In this document: positions 40,317-47,456 of the stretch, piece by piece
Position numbering within the stretch: the first letter of the stretch is position 1
Layout of the letters: each line of letters starts with the position of its first letter
Source of the DNA: Leptonemataceae bacterium
GTDB lineage: Bacteria; Spirochaetota; Leptospiria; Leptospirales; Leptonemataceae
Assembly: GCA_965227295.1 (NCBI GenBank)
Contig: OZ245742.1
Coordinates: 4,512,001 to 4,576,000 of the forward strand
Length of the DNA stretch: 64,000 nucleotides
Direction: 5' to 3'
The notes under the pieces: model-generated
What the model saw: only the letters and a program-made list of their open reading frames with translations
Database searches by the model: none
Told to the model about the DNA's origin: nothing
Made by a program: the position numbers and the translations under genes

Positions 40317-41328
40317 TCTTTCCGTGAGTTCTTTCCGTGAGTTCTTTCCGTGAGTTCTTTCCGTGAGTTCTTTCCGTGAGTTCTTTCCGTGAGTTCTTTC
40401 CGTGAGTTCTTTCCGTGAGTTCTTTCCGTGAGTTCTTTCCGTGAGTTCTTTCCGTGAGTTCTTTCCGTGAGTTCTTTCCGTGAGTTCTTTCCGTGAGTTC
40501 TTTCCGTGAGTTCTTTCCGTGAGTTCTTTCCGTGAGTTCTTTCCGTGAGTTCTTTCCGTGAGTTCTTTCCGTGAGTTCTTTCCGTGAGTTCTTTCCGTGA
40601 GTTCTTTCCGTGAGTTCTTTCCGTGAGTTCTTTCCGTGAGTTCTTTCCGTGAGTTCTTTCCGTGAGTTCTTTCCGTGAGTTCTTTCCGTGAGTTCTTTCC
40701 GTGAGTTCTTTCCGTGAGTTCTTTCCGTGAGTTCTTTCCGTGAGTTCTTTCCGTGAGTTCTTTCCGTGAGTTCTTTCCGTGAGTTCTTTCCGTGAGTTCT
40801 TTCCGTGAGTTCTTTCCGTGAGTTCTTTCCGTGAGTTCTTTCCGTGAGTTCTTTCCGTGAGTTCTTTCCGTGAGTTCTTTCCGTGAGTTCTTTCCGTGAG
40901 TTCTTTCCGTGAGTTCTTTCCGTGAGTTCTTTCCGTGAGTTCTTTCCGTGAGTTCTTTCCGTGAGTTCTTTCCGTGAGTTCTTTCCGTGAGTTCTTTCCG
41001 TGAGTTCTTTCCGTGAGTTCTTTCCGTGAGTTCTTTCCGTGAGTTCTTTCCGTGAGTTCTTTCCGTGAGTTCTTTCCGTGAGTTCTTTCCGTGAGTTCTT
41101 TCCGTGAGTTCTTTCCGTGAGTTCTTTCCGTGAGTTCTTTCCGTGAGTTCTTTCCGTGAGTTCTTTCCGTGAGTTCTTTCCGTGAGTTCTTTCCGTGAGT
41201 TCTTTCCGTGAGTTCTTTCCGTGAGTTCTTTCCGTGAGTTCTTTCCGTGAGTTCTTTCCGTGAGTTCTTTCCGTGAGTTCTTTCCGTGAGTTCTTTCCGT
41301 GAGTTCTTTCCGTGAGTTCTTTCCGTGA
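40317..41328. repeat. Perfect 13-bp tandem repeat (TCTTTCCGTGAGT), about 78 copies
   Basis: Directly visible; 1012 nt / 13; no spacers. Confidence 0.97.
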
Positions 41329-41356
41329 TCGCTCCGCTGATCGCGTCCGTTCTCTG

Positions 41357-43340
41357 GTCGCGGTAGAACGGCCGGTTGCCCGGCCGCCCCCGCACAGATC
41401 CCGGCGTGCGGTATTCTCGCACCGGGCTCTTCGAAAGCACTCGCTTCCACATAAAGTCAATTCAGAGTAAGTCGCAACTGAGATACTGGTCGTTCCATGA
41501 TGCGCGGTTTTTCGATCCGGTAGTGCGCCATCAGATCCCTCAGCCCCTGCCAGTCCAGACTCCGGCGCTGACTGCGCCGATTGAGCCACTTGTACAGATT
41601 CATTTCCACCTGATAGTAGAAGCTTCGTATACTCTTGTAGTTGCATTGGACGCCATAATAGTTATAGTATCCACGCAGCCGGGAGTTCAGAAGATTGAAG
41701 AACCTGCGCATGGGTAGATGCCGATTCGCTTTAATCCACTGCTTCACATTCTGGATCGACGCATGCAATCGCTTTGGAGCGGTGCGACGCGGAACCCACC
41801 AGAACCCCTTTCGAGAACGAGCCCAGCGGTATTCAAAGCCTAGAAATACGAACGCCTCACGCCCGGTATTGAACTTCGCGCGGAAGCCCGGGCGCTCGAA
41901 ACTTTTCACTCCTGACTTTTCCGGCGCCAGTTCCAGACCAAACTTTCGCAAACGTTTTCCAAGCGTCGCATAGAATTTCAGCGCATCGTCTTTGGATTCA
42001 AAGGCGCAAACAAAATCGTCCGCGTATCGACACATATAGGCCGGTCTCTTGCAGTGCTTCTTCACCACTTTCTCGAACCAGAGGTCCAGTACGTAATGAA
42101 GATAGACGTTCGCCAGAACCGGACTGATCACGCCGCCTTGAGGAGTCCCAGCGGTCGGGCGCGAGACCTGACCGTTTACCTCCAGCACGCCTGCTTTCAG
42201 CCACTTGCGAATCAGACCGAGAAAGGCCCGATCATCGATTCGTTGCTCCAGCATTCGCATCAACCAATCATGGTCAATGTTGTCGAAGAAACCCTTGATG
42301 TCGGCTTCCACAATCCAGCCGAGCTTCCCCGGACTCAAAGTTGAACTCAGAGTCTTCGAAGCCTCACGCGGACCGGTGTTCGGCCGATAACCATACGAAC
42401 ACGACAGGAAGTCTTGCTCATAGATCGCTTCAAGGATACGCGTCGCGCATGTTTGTACCAGTTTGTCTTCGAGGGCCGGCAATCCAAGCGGACGTTGTTT
42501 TCCGTCCGCTTTCGGGATAAAGACCCTGCGAATCAGTTTTGTTCGGTATCGTTTCTGTTTTAAGCGTTCCACCAGATCCCCGACATTTTCCGTAAGGTTC
42601 GCTTCGTAGTCGCGAAACGTTTCACGGTCCACGCCCGGAGCCGCCCGGCGATTCATTCCTGCGAACGAATCTTCGAGATTCATCTGGTTGAGCATCCCAT
42701 ACAGATTACGAAACAGATGTTTCTTACTCCTCCTCGCTTTATTTGCTATTGCCCGTAGTGAGGTTTGCATCAGTTGTTCCGATCCTGCCGTCCGGCTGAT
42801 GTTGACTCTGCGAGCTGCGTACTTTCGTCAGCCCCTTCCCCGATCATCGCGCATCGCACGCGAAGACCGAACCCGTCGAAACTCCATTCGAGTTTCATTC
42901 GATTCTGTGGACGGCTCTCCCGCCCTCTGAGTACTATGGGCTGATCCGACTCCCCGTTGATCATCATTCTTCCTTGTTCATTCGGTCAGAATTACCTTCG
43001 CTATCGTCGAAGGAACCAACGGGGTCTCCCGGGTTCCACGATGTTTCTCTGCATACATGCCGCGCTCAAGCGACCCCGACAGACCTCCAGAATCTCGCTA
43101 AAACGATTCCTTTGTGCTGGTTTCCATCTGACCAATGATGTCACCGTCTGCATCTATGGCATTTTACGAGGCTCAACAGCTTCCGGGAGTGTGGACTCCC
43201 CTACGGCCTGCATGCTTCCCTGTGTACGCTTCGTGTGGCGGTTACCCGCTTCCACGCAACACTCGGTAGAAGTTGTTCGCTAAACTTTACTTCATATGGA
43301 CTTTCACCTTATCAGAAACATCGGGCTTTGCCCGGCGCAC
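41357..43340 (-). mobile_element. Group II intron, 1984 nt
   Basis: 5' GTGCG at 43340; domain V GAGCCCGGTGCGAGAATACCGCACGCCGGGATC; 3' ..CTACCGCGAC; exons rejoin to TGGCCA|CAGAGAAC seen intact at 33965-33978. Confidence 0.95.
41457..42770 (-). CDS. ltrA: Group II intron reverse transcriptase/maturase without endonuclease domain
   Basis: IPKADGKQRPLG, SYGYRP, EADIKGFFD, PQGG, RYADD, FLGF, domain X LRGYYNYY; no C-terminal HNH. Confidence 0.95.
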   Translation of the reverse strand: MQTSLRAIANKARRSKKHLFRNLYGMLNQMNLEDSFAGMNRRAAPGVDRETFRDYEANLTENVGDLVERLKQKRYRTKLIRRVFIPKADGKQRPLGLPALEDKLVQTCATRILEAIYEQDFLSCSYGYRPNTGPREASKTLSSTLSPGKLGWIVEADIKGFFDNIDHDWLMRMLEQRIDDRAFLGLIRKWLKAGVLEVNGQVSRPTAGTPQGGVISPVLANVYLHYVLDLWFEKVVKKHCKRPAYMCRYADDFVCAFESKDDALKFYATLGKRLRKFGLELAPEKSGVKSFERPGFRAKFNTGREAFVFLGFEYRWARSRKGFWWVPRRTAPKRLHASIQNVKQWIKANRHLPMRRFFNLLNSRLRGYYNYYGVQCNYKSIRSFYYQVEMNLYKWLNRRSQRRSLDWQGLRDLMAHYRIEKPRIMERPVSQLRLTLN

Positions 43341-43505
43341 TGGCCACACGCCCCACGCATTTGTGGCCACAAATTCAGCCGTGGGCAGCAAGTTTCTTGC
43401 CGGCCATCCAGAACCGAAACATCAGCCGGATATGCGCGGCGATCTCCGCTTCCACGGACAGCTTTTTCGATCTGCGTTTCGCTGGCTCCGCAGAAAAATT
43501 GATCC

Positions 43506-43661
43506 ATGACCTACTTCGACCACTGCATAACCAACGCCGGCTCGGAAGGGATGAATTCACGAATCCAGGCGATCAAAACTCGCGCCCGGGGCTTCCGAAA
43601 CTTCGCCCATTACCGGGCCTCGATCCTCTCTCATTGCGGGGATTTAGAGCTTTATCCGTGA
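43506..43661 (+). pseudogene. ISL3-family transposase C-terminal fragment
   Basis: Translates TYFDHCITNAGSEGMNSRIQAIKTRARGFRNFAHYRASILSHCGDLELYP*, typical ISL3 C-terminus; not in ORF track. Confidence 0.8.
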
Positions 43662-43681
43662 AAATTCCTGAAGATGGACGC

Positions 43682-43799
43682 ACATGGCGGCATATTACAA
43701 GTTTAAACTCAAGGAAAGTTAATTTTTTGCTGACAAAATCCTGGAGACATGCTAACATCACGCAATGTTACTCTAGTAAATGTCGATGCACGAGATCGC
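43682..43799. repeat. ~118-bp inverted repeat flanking array 2 (partner ~47543-47660), homologous to inner ends of array 1 arms
   Basis: AAGTTTAAACTCAAGGAAAGTTAATTTTTTGCTGACAAAA..GTTACTCTAGTAAAT present at all four array ends. Confidence 0.85.
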
Positions 43800-43822
43800 A
43801 AATCTCTTCAATGGAGACTATA

Positions 43823-43955
43823 TGGGGACGGTGAGACTCGAACTCACACTAGACACGTTCTGAGCGTGCTGCCTCTACCGCGAATGTAAGCAGTTGCTCC
43901 CGGGTGGTCGCAACTGCGGCGGTTCAGACTGCTTCGCAGTCTGGGCTACGGATGC
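43823..43955 (-). pseudogene. trnL: Chimeric tRNA-Leu (5' end of GAG gene, body of CAG gene) with ~61-nt D-loop insertion, array 2
   Basis: GCATCCGTAGCCCA + insert 43881-43941 + CGGTAGAGGCAGCACGCTCAGAA..CGTCCCCA; acceptor strands do not match. Confidence 0.8.
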
Positions 43956-43958
43956 GTT

Positions 43959-44033
43959 TCGAGCGAGCGGGAATCGAACCCGCACTCTGCCGATTTTAAG
44001 TCGACTGCCTCTGCCTGATTGGGCTATCGCTCG
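43959..44033 (-). tRNA. trnL: tRNA-Leu(UAA), array 2
   Basis: Near-identical to 38588-38662. Confidence 0.85.
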
Positions 44034-44036
44034 CTG

Positions 44037-44121
44037 CGGAACAGGGAGGAATCGAACCTCCGCGTCTGTTACGACGACCACGGTTTAGCGGACCGCTGCC
44101 TTACCTCTCGGCCACTGTTCC
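44037..44121 (-). tRNA. trnS: tRNA-Ser(GCU), array 2
   Basis: Matches 38500-38584. Confidence 0.85.
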
Positions 44122-44127
44122 AATTTC

Positions 44128-44212
44128 CGGAGGGAGAAGGAATCGAACCTTCGCGCCTGTTAAGACGACCGCCGGCTTCCAACCGGATACCTTACCACTC
44201 GGTCATCCCTCC
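44128..44212 (-). tRNA. trnS: tRNA-Ser(GGA), array 2
   Basis: Matches 38410-38493 with different variable arm. Confidence 0.85.
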
Positions 44213-44218
44213 ACGCTG

Positions 44219-44302
44219 CGGATAGAGTAGGAATCGAACCCACGCGACGAACCGCCGACCTCCGTTTTCGAAACGGGTCCCTTACCACTCGGGCATCTAT
44301 CC
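44219..44302 (-). tRNA. trnS: tRNA-Ser(CGA), array 2
   Basis: Matches 38320-38403. Confidence 0.85.
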
Positions 44303-44306
44303 AGTA

Positions 44307-44443
44307 TGCGCTGCCGAGGATTTGAACCTCTCGTCACCCGACCTCCTCGTTTAACGAGTAAACTGTACCTTGCTGCGCAAGCCTTGACTTACTACCGCCT
44401 TTCAGTTGCTGGCGTTTACAGACCGGCAGGAGGAAAGCAGCGC
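44307..44443 (-). pseudogene. trnY: Atypical tRNA-Tyr(GUA) interrupted by ~55-nt insertion, array 2
   Basis: Matches 38229-38315 except extra sequence ~44358-44413 at 3' side of anticodon stem. Confidence 0.7.
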
Positions 44444-44447
44444 GTTT

Positions 44448-44487
44448 AAAAAGAAAAAGCCCCTCGCGGGTTTACCGGGAGGGGCTT
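44448..44487 (-). terminator. Attenuator terminator (Tyr/Ser/Leu cluster), array 2
   Basis: Same stem as 38185-38224; changes fall outside the closing GC stem. Confidence 0.85.
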
Positions 44488-44515
44488 CTCGAAGACAGAG
44501 AACTGTCCGCGCGTA

Positions 44516-44584
44516 CTACATCGCCGCCTCCCGCATGCCGCCGGAGCTGAGAAGATACAGCGATGATAGTAACATACCGTTCAT
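44516..44584 (-). CDS. Leader peptide MNGMLLSSLYLLSSGGMREAAM (array 2)
   Basis: Identical to 38088-38156. Confidence 0.82.
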   Translation of the reverse strand: MNGMLLSSLYLLSSGGMREAAM

Positions 44585-44688
44585 GATACGGTACATGAGA
44601 CGAGGCAAAGCGAAGCTTTCGTTCCAAAAAATATATTTTCGTTAAGAATTTCTCGAAAACCGTCGTCTCTTAACTTCAGGTAAACGTG

Positions 44689-44754
44689 ATGCACTTCCCA
44701 CAGAGCAACTGGCCCCAACAGAATCCCGGCATCTGCCTGGAGGTGGTCGTGTAG
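44689..44754 (+). CDS. Leader peptide MHFPQSNWPQQNPGICLEVVV (array 2)
   Basis: AGGT SD-like sequence upstream; P/Q/N/W run conserved. Confidence 0.8.
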   Translation: MHFPQSNWPQQNPGICLEVVV

Positions 44755-44783
44755 TGCTCTGAGCAACAGCGCGTTTGCGCGAG

Positions 44784-44817
44784 AACCCCCTCCGGCGGAA
44801 GCTTGAGGGGGTTTTTT
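44784..44817 (+). terminator. Attenuator terminator (Pro/Trp/Asn/Gln cluster), array 2
   Basis: AACCCCCTC..GAGGGGGTTTTTT. Confidence 0.85.
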
Positions 44818-44823
44818 ATTATC

Positions 44824-44896
44824 CGGCGTGTAGCTCAGGGTGTAGAGCACCGGTATCGGGAACCGGGGGTCGTGGGTTCAAGTCCCACCACGCCGA
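44824..44896 (+). tRNA. trnP: tRNA-Pro(CGG), array 2
   Basis: CCGGT-ATCGGGA-ACCGG. Confidence 0.85.
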
Positions 44897-44899
44897 CAT

Positions 44900-45076
44900 A
44901 GAGGGATGAGTCGAGCGGTCCAGGCTGTCGGACTCCAAATCCGATGTTCACAGGTTTTTGTGCATGGATGCACTTATGCCGCGGAGGACAGGAAGTCCGG
45001 GAGCGGCCGAATCCTGAAAGAGGAAGATGCTACGCATCTTTCATCTTACTGACGCGCTGCGCTTGTCCCTCTGCCA
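44900..45076 (+). pseudogene. trnW: tRNA-Trp(CCA) with two insertions (44957-45007 in T-loop; 45017-45065 in T-stem 3' side), array 2
   Basis: Alignment to intact copy 37689-37766. Confidence 0.85.
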
Positions 45077-45080
45077 GAAT

Positions 45081-45152
45081 ACCGGAGTAGCCTAATGGTA
45101 AGGCGACGCACTGTTAATGCGTTCTATGCAGGTTCGAGTCCTGCCTCCGGTG
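45081..45152 (+). tRNA. trnN: tRNA-Asn(GUU), array 2
   Basis: ACGCA-CTGTTAA-TGCGT. Confidence 0.9.
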
Positions 45153-45160
45153 CAACTCAT

Positions 45161-45294
45161 TCCGGGGTAGTTCAACGGGTAGAACACCGGCCTTTGAAGT
45201 CGGGGGCGCAAATAGACTTTTGCCTTATGGCAAAAGTCGGCGGTTCGGAGTTGTGCGGCAACGCACAACTCCGGGTCCTCACCATCTCCCGGAG
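45161..45294 (+). pseudogene. trnQ: tRNA-Gln(UUG) with T-arm 5' half replaced by 75-nt double-hairpin insert (45207-45281), array 2
   Basis: Alignment to 37532-37604. Confidence 0.8.
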
Positions 45295-45374
45295 CATTGA
45301 GTTCTATGAAAAAAATATTTAAATCTTTATGAAGTTGTTGACGTCGAATACCGAGTAAGTAATCAGGAAACGGA

Positions 45375-45482
45375 ATGTCGCAGAAGCGCCTACAGACAAC
45401 GGAACGAGACCTCGCGAAGGCCGGCATGATTCATGCGGGTTGTGAGCGTGATGTGTTTCAGGGAGTCATGCGCTCGTCTTAG
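45375..45482 (+). CDS. Leader peptide MSQKRLQTTERDLAKAGMIHAGCERDVFQGVMRSS (array 2)
   Basis: Same length as array 1 copy; residues 9-35 identical. Confidence 0.55.
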   Translation: MSQKRLQTTERDLAKAGMIHAGCERDVFQGVMRSS

Positions 45483-45506
45483 ATTCAGTGTAACCTGCTG
45501 GATGCG

Positions 45507-45540
45507 AAAGGCGAGCCCGGATCAACGGCTCGCCTTTTTT
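45507..45540 (+). terminator. Attenuator terminator (Cys/Glu cluster), array 2
   Basis: AAAGGCGAGCC..GGCTCGCCTTTTTT. Confidence 0.8.
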
Positions 45541-45635
45541 CGTTTATGGGCATTTTGCTTATTTTTCAAGTGTTATGAGGGAGATATGGAAGACAGAGAA
45601 CGATGTTACCGACCGCCGCAAGCCAGAGTAAACCC

Positions 45636-45758
45636 GACATGGTGCGCGAGAGGCCAGCGGGCGGTCTGCAAAGCCGTTTAACGTGGGTTTGTGTGCAGGG
45701 ATGCACTTATGCCGCGAAGGACAGGATGTCCGGGAGCGGCCGAATCCCACCCATGTCT
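45636..45758 (+). pseudogene. trnC: tRNA-Cys(GCA) with 51-nt T-loop insertion (45690-45740), array 2
   Basis: GGTT[insert]CGAATCC versus 37120-37190. Confidence 0.85.
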
Positions 45759-45854
45759 CATAGTACAATGAACCGCGCAGGACGTACATATGTATCAGCC
45801 GGAGCGATGCCGCGAGAGCGGGAACGTGGATCAAGCTACGTTTCAACTCAAATC

Positions 45855-45926
45855 GCCGGCGTCGTCTAACGGCAAGGACGCTGCACTTTCACTGCGGTAA
45901 TCGGGGTTCGATTCCCCGCGTCGGCA
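45855..45926 (+). tRNA. trnE: tRNA-Glu(UUC), array 2
   Basis: Loop CT-TTC-AC; intact T-arm CGGGG-TTCGATT-CCCCG. Confidence 0.85.
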
Positions 45927-45976
45927 AAGGTATTTTCATAAGAAATTTAACAATGGATTCGTCTGAGTATTCTATC

Positions 45977-46093
45977 ATGAGCTTAACAGTAACAGCAACG
46001 GTTGTAAGGACCGCCCGATTTATCGGGATGCGGATCGATGCGGGCCATAAGGACGGCCGGATCGCCGGAGGAGTTCTGCGCATGCGTTGCTGA
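45977..46093 (+). CDS. Leader peptide MSLTVTATVVRTARFIGMRIDAGHKDGRIAGGVLRMRC (array 2)
   Basis: Same peptide as array 1; differences seen (GTG/GTA, AGA/AGG) are synonymous. Confidence 0.78.
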   Translation: MSLTVTATVVRTARFIGMRIDAGHKDGRIAGGVLRMRC

Positions 46094-46120
46094 GAAGAAT
46101 CTACAGACGCATTCATGAAG

Positions 46121-46154
46121 AACCCTCCCCGGCCGACGCCCTGGAGGGTTTTTT
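46121..46154 (+). terminator. Attenuator terminator (large cluster), array 2
   Basis: AACCCTCC..GGAGGGTTTTTT. Confidence 0.8.
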
Positions 46155-46163
46155 CGTTTATAC

Positions 46164-46236
46164 GCATCGCTGGTGTCAGTGGCAAGCATAGCTGTGTGCC
46201 ATGCAGCAGGGAAGAGTTCGAGTCTCTTGCGGTGCA
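46164..46236 (+). tRNA. trnG: tRNA-Gly(GCC), array 2
   Basis: Matches 36642-36714. Confidence 0.8.
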
Positions 46237-46301
46237 CATTACAGAAAACAGGAGGTACGCCATGAAGAGCGAAGATGACAAGAAGACGTTTAGAGAATAG
46301 C

Positions 46302-46419
46302 GGGTCCGGAGCTCGGGGGTAGAGCATCCGACTTTTAATCGGATGGCGATCGGTTGAGTGCTTCGCACTCTCATCTTACTCCCGCCTTTCAGTTGGGGGT
46401 TCGAATCCCACCGGACCCA
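46302..46419 (+). pseudogene. trnK: tRNA-Lys(UUU) with ~46-nt insertion at variable loop/T-stem (~46348-46394), array 2
   Basis: Alignment to 36505-36576. Confidence 0.8.
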
Positions 46420-46477
46420 CATTTCAAGTAGCGAGGTTAATATGAACGAAAGTGACTTTAAGAATAATAAGACGGAA

Positions 46478-46550
46478 CGTCGGGGAGCAGGTGTGGTCAT
46501 TGCATCCGGTTGAAGCCCGGAGGAATTCGGTTCGATCCCGAGCCCGACGA
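46478..46550 (+). tRNA. trnF: tRNA-Phe(GAA), array 2
   Basis: TCCGG-TTGAAGC-CCGGA. Confidence 0.8.
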
Positions 46551-46554
46551 ATAC

Positions 46555-46677
46555 GCATCAGTGATGTAACGGTCAACATGTCTGTCTTCCAAACAGATCA
46601 TCAGGGTTTTTGGCCATGGATGGCCTTATGCCGCGGAGGACAGGAGGTCCGAGAGCGGCCGATTCCCTGCTGATGCA
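46555..46677 (+). pseudogene. trnG: tRNA-Gly(UCC) with 51-nt T-loop insertion (46609-46659), array 2
   Basis: GGTT[insert]CGATTCC versus 36298-36369. Confidence 0.85.
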
Positions 46678-46680
46678 CAC

Positions 46681-46755
46681 GCCCGGTTAGCTCCAATGGT
46701 TAGAGCGGCGGTTTTGTGAACCGCTGGTTGCAGGTTCGAATCCGTGCACCGGGCA
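46681..46755 (+). tRNA. trnT: tRNA-Thr(UGU), array 2
   Basis: GCGGT-TTTGTGA-ACCGC. Confidence 0.85.
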
Positions 46756-46761
46756 AAACAT

Positions 46762-46833
46762 TGCGGTGTAGCATAGTGGCGATGCAGCGGGCTCATAACC
46801 CGTCCTACGGAGGTTCAATTCCTTCCGCCGCAA
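46762..46833 (+). tRNA. trnM: tRNA-Met(CAU), initiator-like, array 2
   Basis: GCGGG-CTCATAA-CCCGT. Confidence 0.85.
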
Positions 46834-46836
46834 CAT

Positions 46837-46959
46837 ACGGGCTTAGGACGCAATATAAACGCCTGTCTTACAAACAGGAGATCGCTGGTTTTTGTGCATG
46901 GATGCACTTATGCCGCGGAGGCCAGGAGGGCCGAGAGCGGCCGAATCCGGCAGCCCGTA
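46837..46959 (+). pseudogene. trnV: tRNA-Val(UAC) with 51-nt T-loop insertion (46891-46941) and altered D-arm, array 2
   Basis: Alignment to 36065-36138. Confidence 0.85.
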
Positions 46960-46962
46960 CAT

Positions 46963-47033
46963 GGGGCCGTAGTTTAACGGGAGAATCTTTGTTTTGCAAA
47001 CAAGGGACGTCGGTTCGATTCCGACCGGTTCCA
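46963..47033 (+). tRNA. trnA: tRNA-Ala(UGC), array 2
   Basis: Loop TT-TGC-AA; G3:U70. Confidence 0.85.
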
Positions 47034-47038
47034 CAAAT

Positions 47039-47163
47039 TGGACTTTAGCTCAGAGGGACAGAGCGCCCGTTTCCGAAGCGGTAGGCCGCAGGTTTTTGGC
47101 CACGGATGGCCTTATGCCGCGAAGGACAGGAGGTCCGAGAGCGGCCGAGTCCTGCAAGTCCAA
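47039..47163 (+). pseudogene. trnR: tRNA-Arg(CCG) with 51-nt T-loop insertion (47095-47145), array 2
   Basis: GGTT[insert]CGAGTCC versus 35914-35987. Confidence 0.85.
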
Positions 47164-47166
47164 CAC

Positions 47167-47240
47167 AGGGCCCTGGCCAAATGGATCAAGGCATCAGATT
47201 ACGAATCTGAAGATTGCGGGTTCGAGTCCCGCGGGCTCTA
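47167..47240 (+). tRNA. trnR: tRNA-Arg(ACG), array 2
   Basis: TCAGA-TTACGAA-TCTGA. Confidence 0.9.
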
Positions 47241-47243
47241 CAT

Positions 47244-47314
47244 GCCGCGTTAGTTTAATGGTAGAACTCCTGATTGTCTCTCAGGGGGCGAGGGTTCGAT
47301 TCCCTCACGTGGTG
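47244..47314 (+). tRNA. trnD: tRNA-Asp(GUC), array 2
   Basis: CCTGA-TTGTCTC-TCAGG. Confidence 0.85.
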
Positions 47315-47318
47315 CATA

Positions 47319-47430
47319 CGAAGCGTAGTTTAACGGTTGAGAACGACGGTCTGATATGCCGTTGGTTAAAGACGAAGATTCAGCGTTATGCGTGAACGCA
47401 TAACGCTGGGTTCGATTCCAGCCGCTTCGA
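47319..47430 (+). pseudogene. trnI: tRNA-Ile(GAU) with ~39-nt hairpin insertion at variable loop/T-stem, array 2
   Basis: Extra TAAAGACGAAGATTCAGCGTTATGCGTGAACGCATAAC versus 35683-35755. Confidence 0.8.
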
Positions 47431-47433
47431 AGC

Positions 47434-47451
47434 ATCCCGGTAATCGGGATT
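47434..47451 (+). pseudogene. Collapsed tRNA-Arg(UCU): only acceptor-stem ends remain, array 2
   Basis: ATCCCGGTA-ATCGGGATT in the syntenic position of 35606-35679. Confidence 0.7.
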
Positions 47452-47456
47452 TTCAT

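Noticed and set aside
40317..41328. CRISPR array or repeat-protein genes (ORFs 40026-41450, 40289-41452, 40300-41646)
   Set aside because: 13-bp units with no spacers and no cas genes; the ORFs exist only because the unit lacks stop codons on that strand.
41457..42770. Retron, DGR or defence-associated RT
   Set aside because: Has maturase domain X and lies within clear group II intron boundaries with domains V and VI.
44737..44817. T-box riboswitch explanation for the tRNA leaders (GGTGGT seen at 44742-44747)
   Set aside because: No GGTGGNACC T-box consensus, no Stem I motifs, leaders too short, and the motif is not shared by the other three leaders; leader ORF codon content explains them better.
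44957..45007. Group I, group II or BHB-type tRNA introns
   Set aside because: 51 nt is far too short for self-splicing introns and no bulge-helix-bulge was evident; bacterial tRNA group I introns sit in the anticodon loop. Excision by another route is not excluded.
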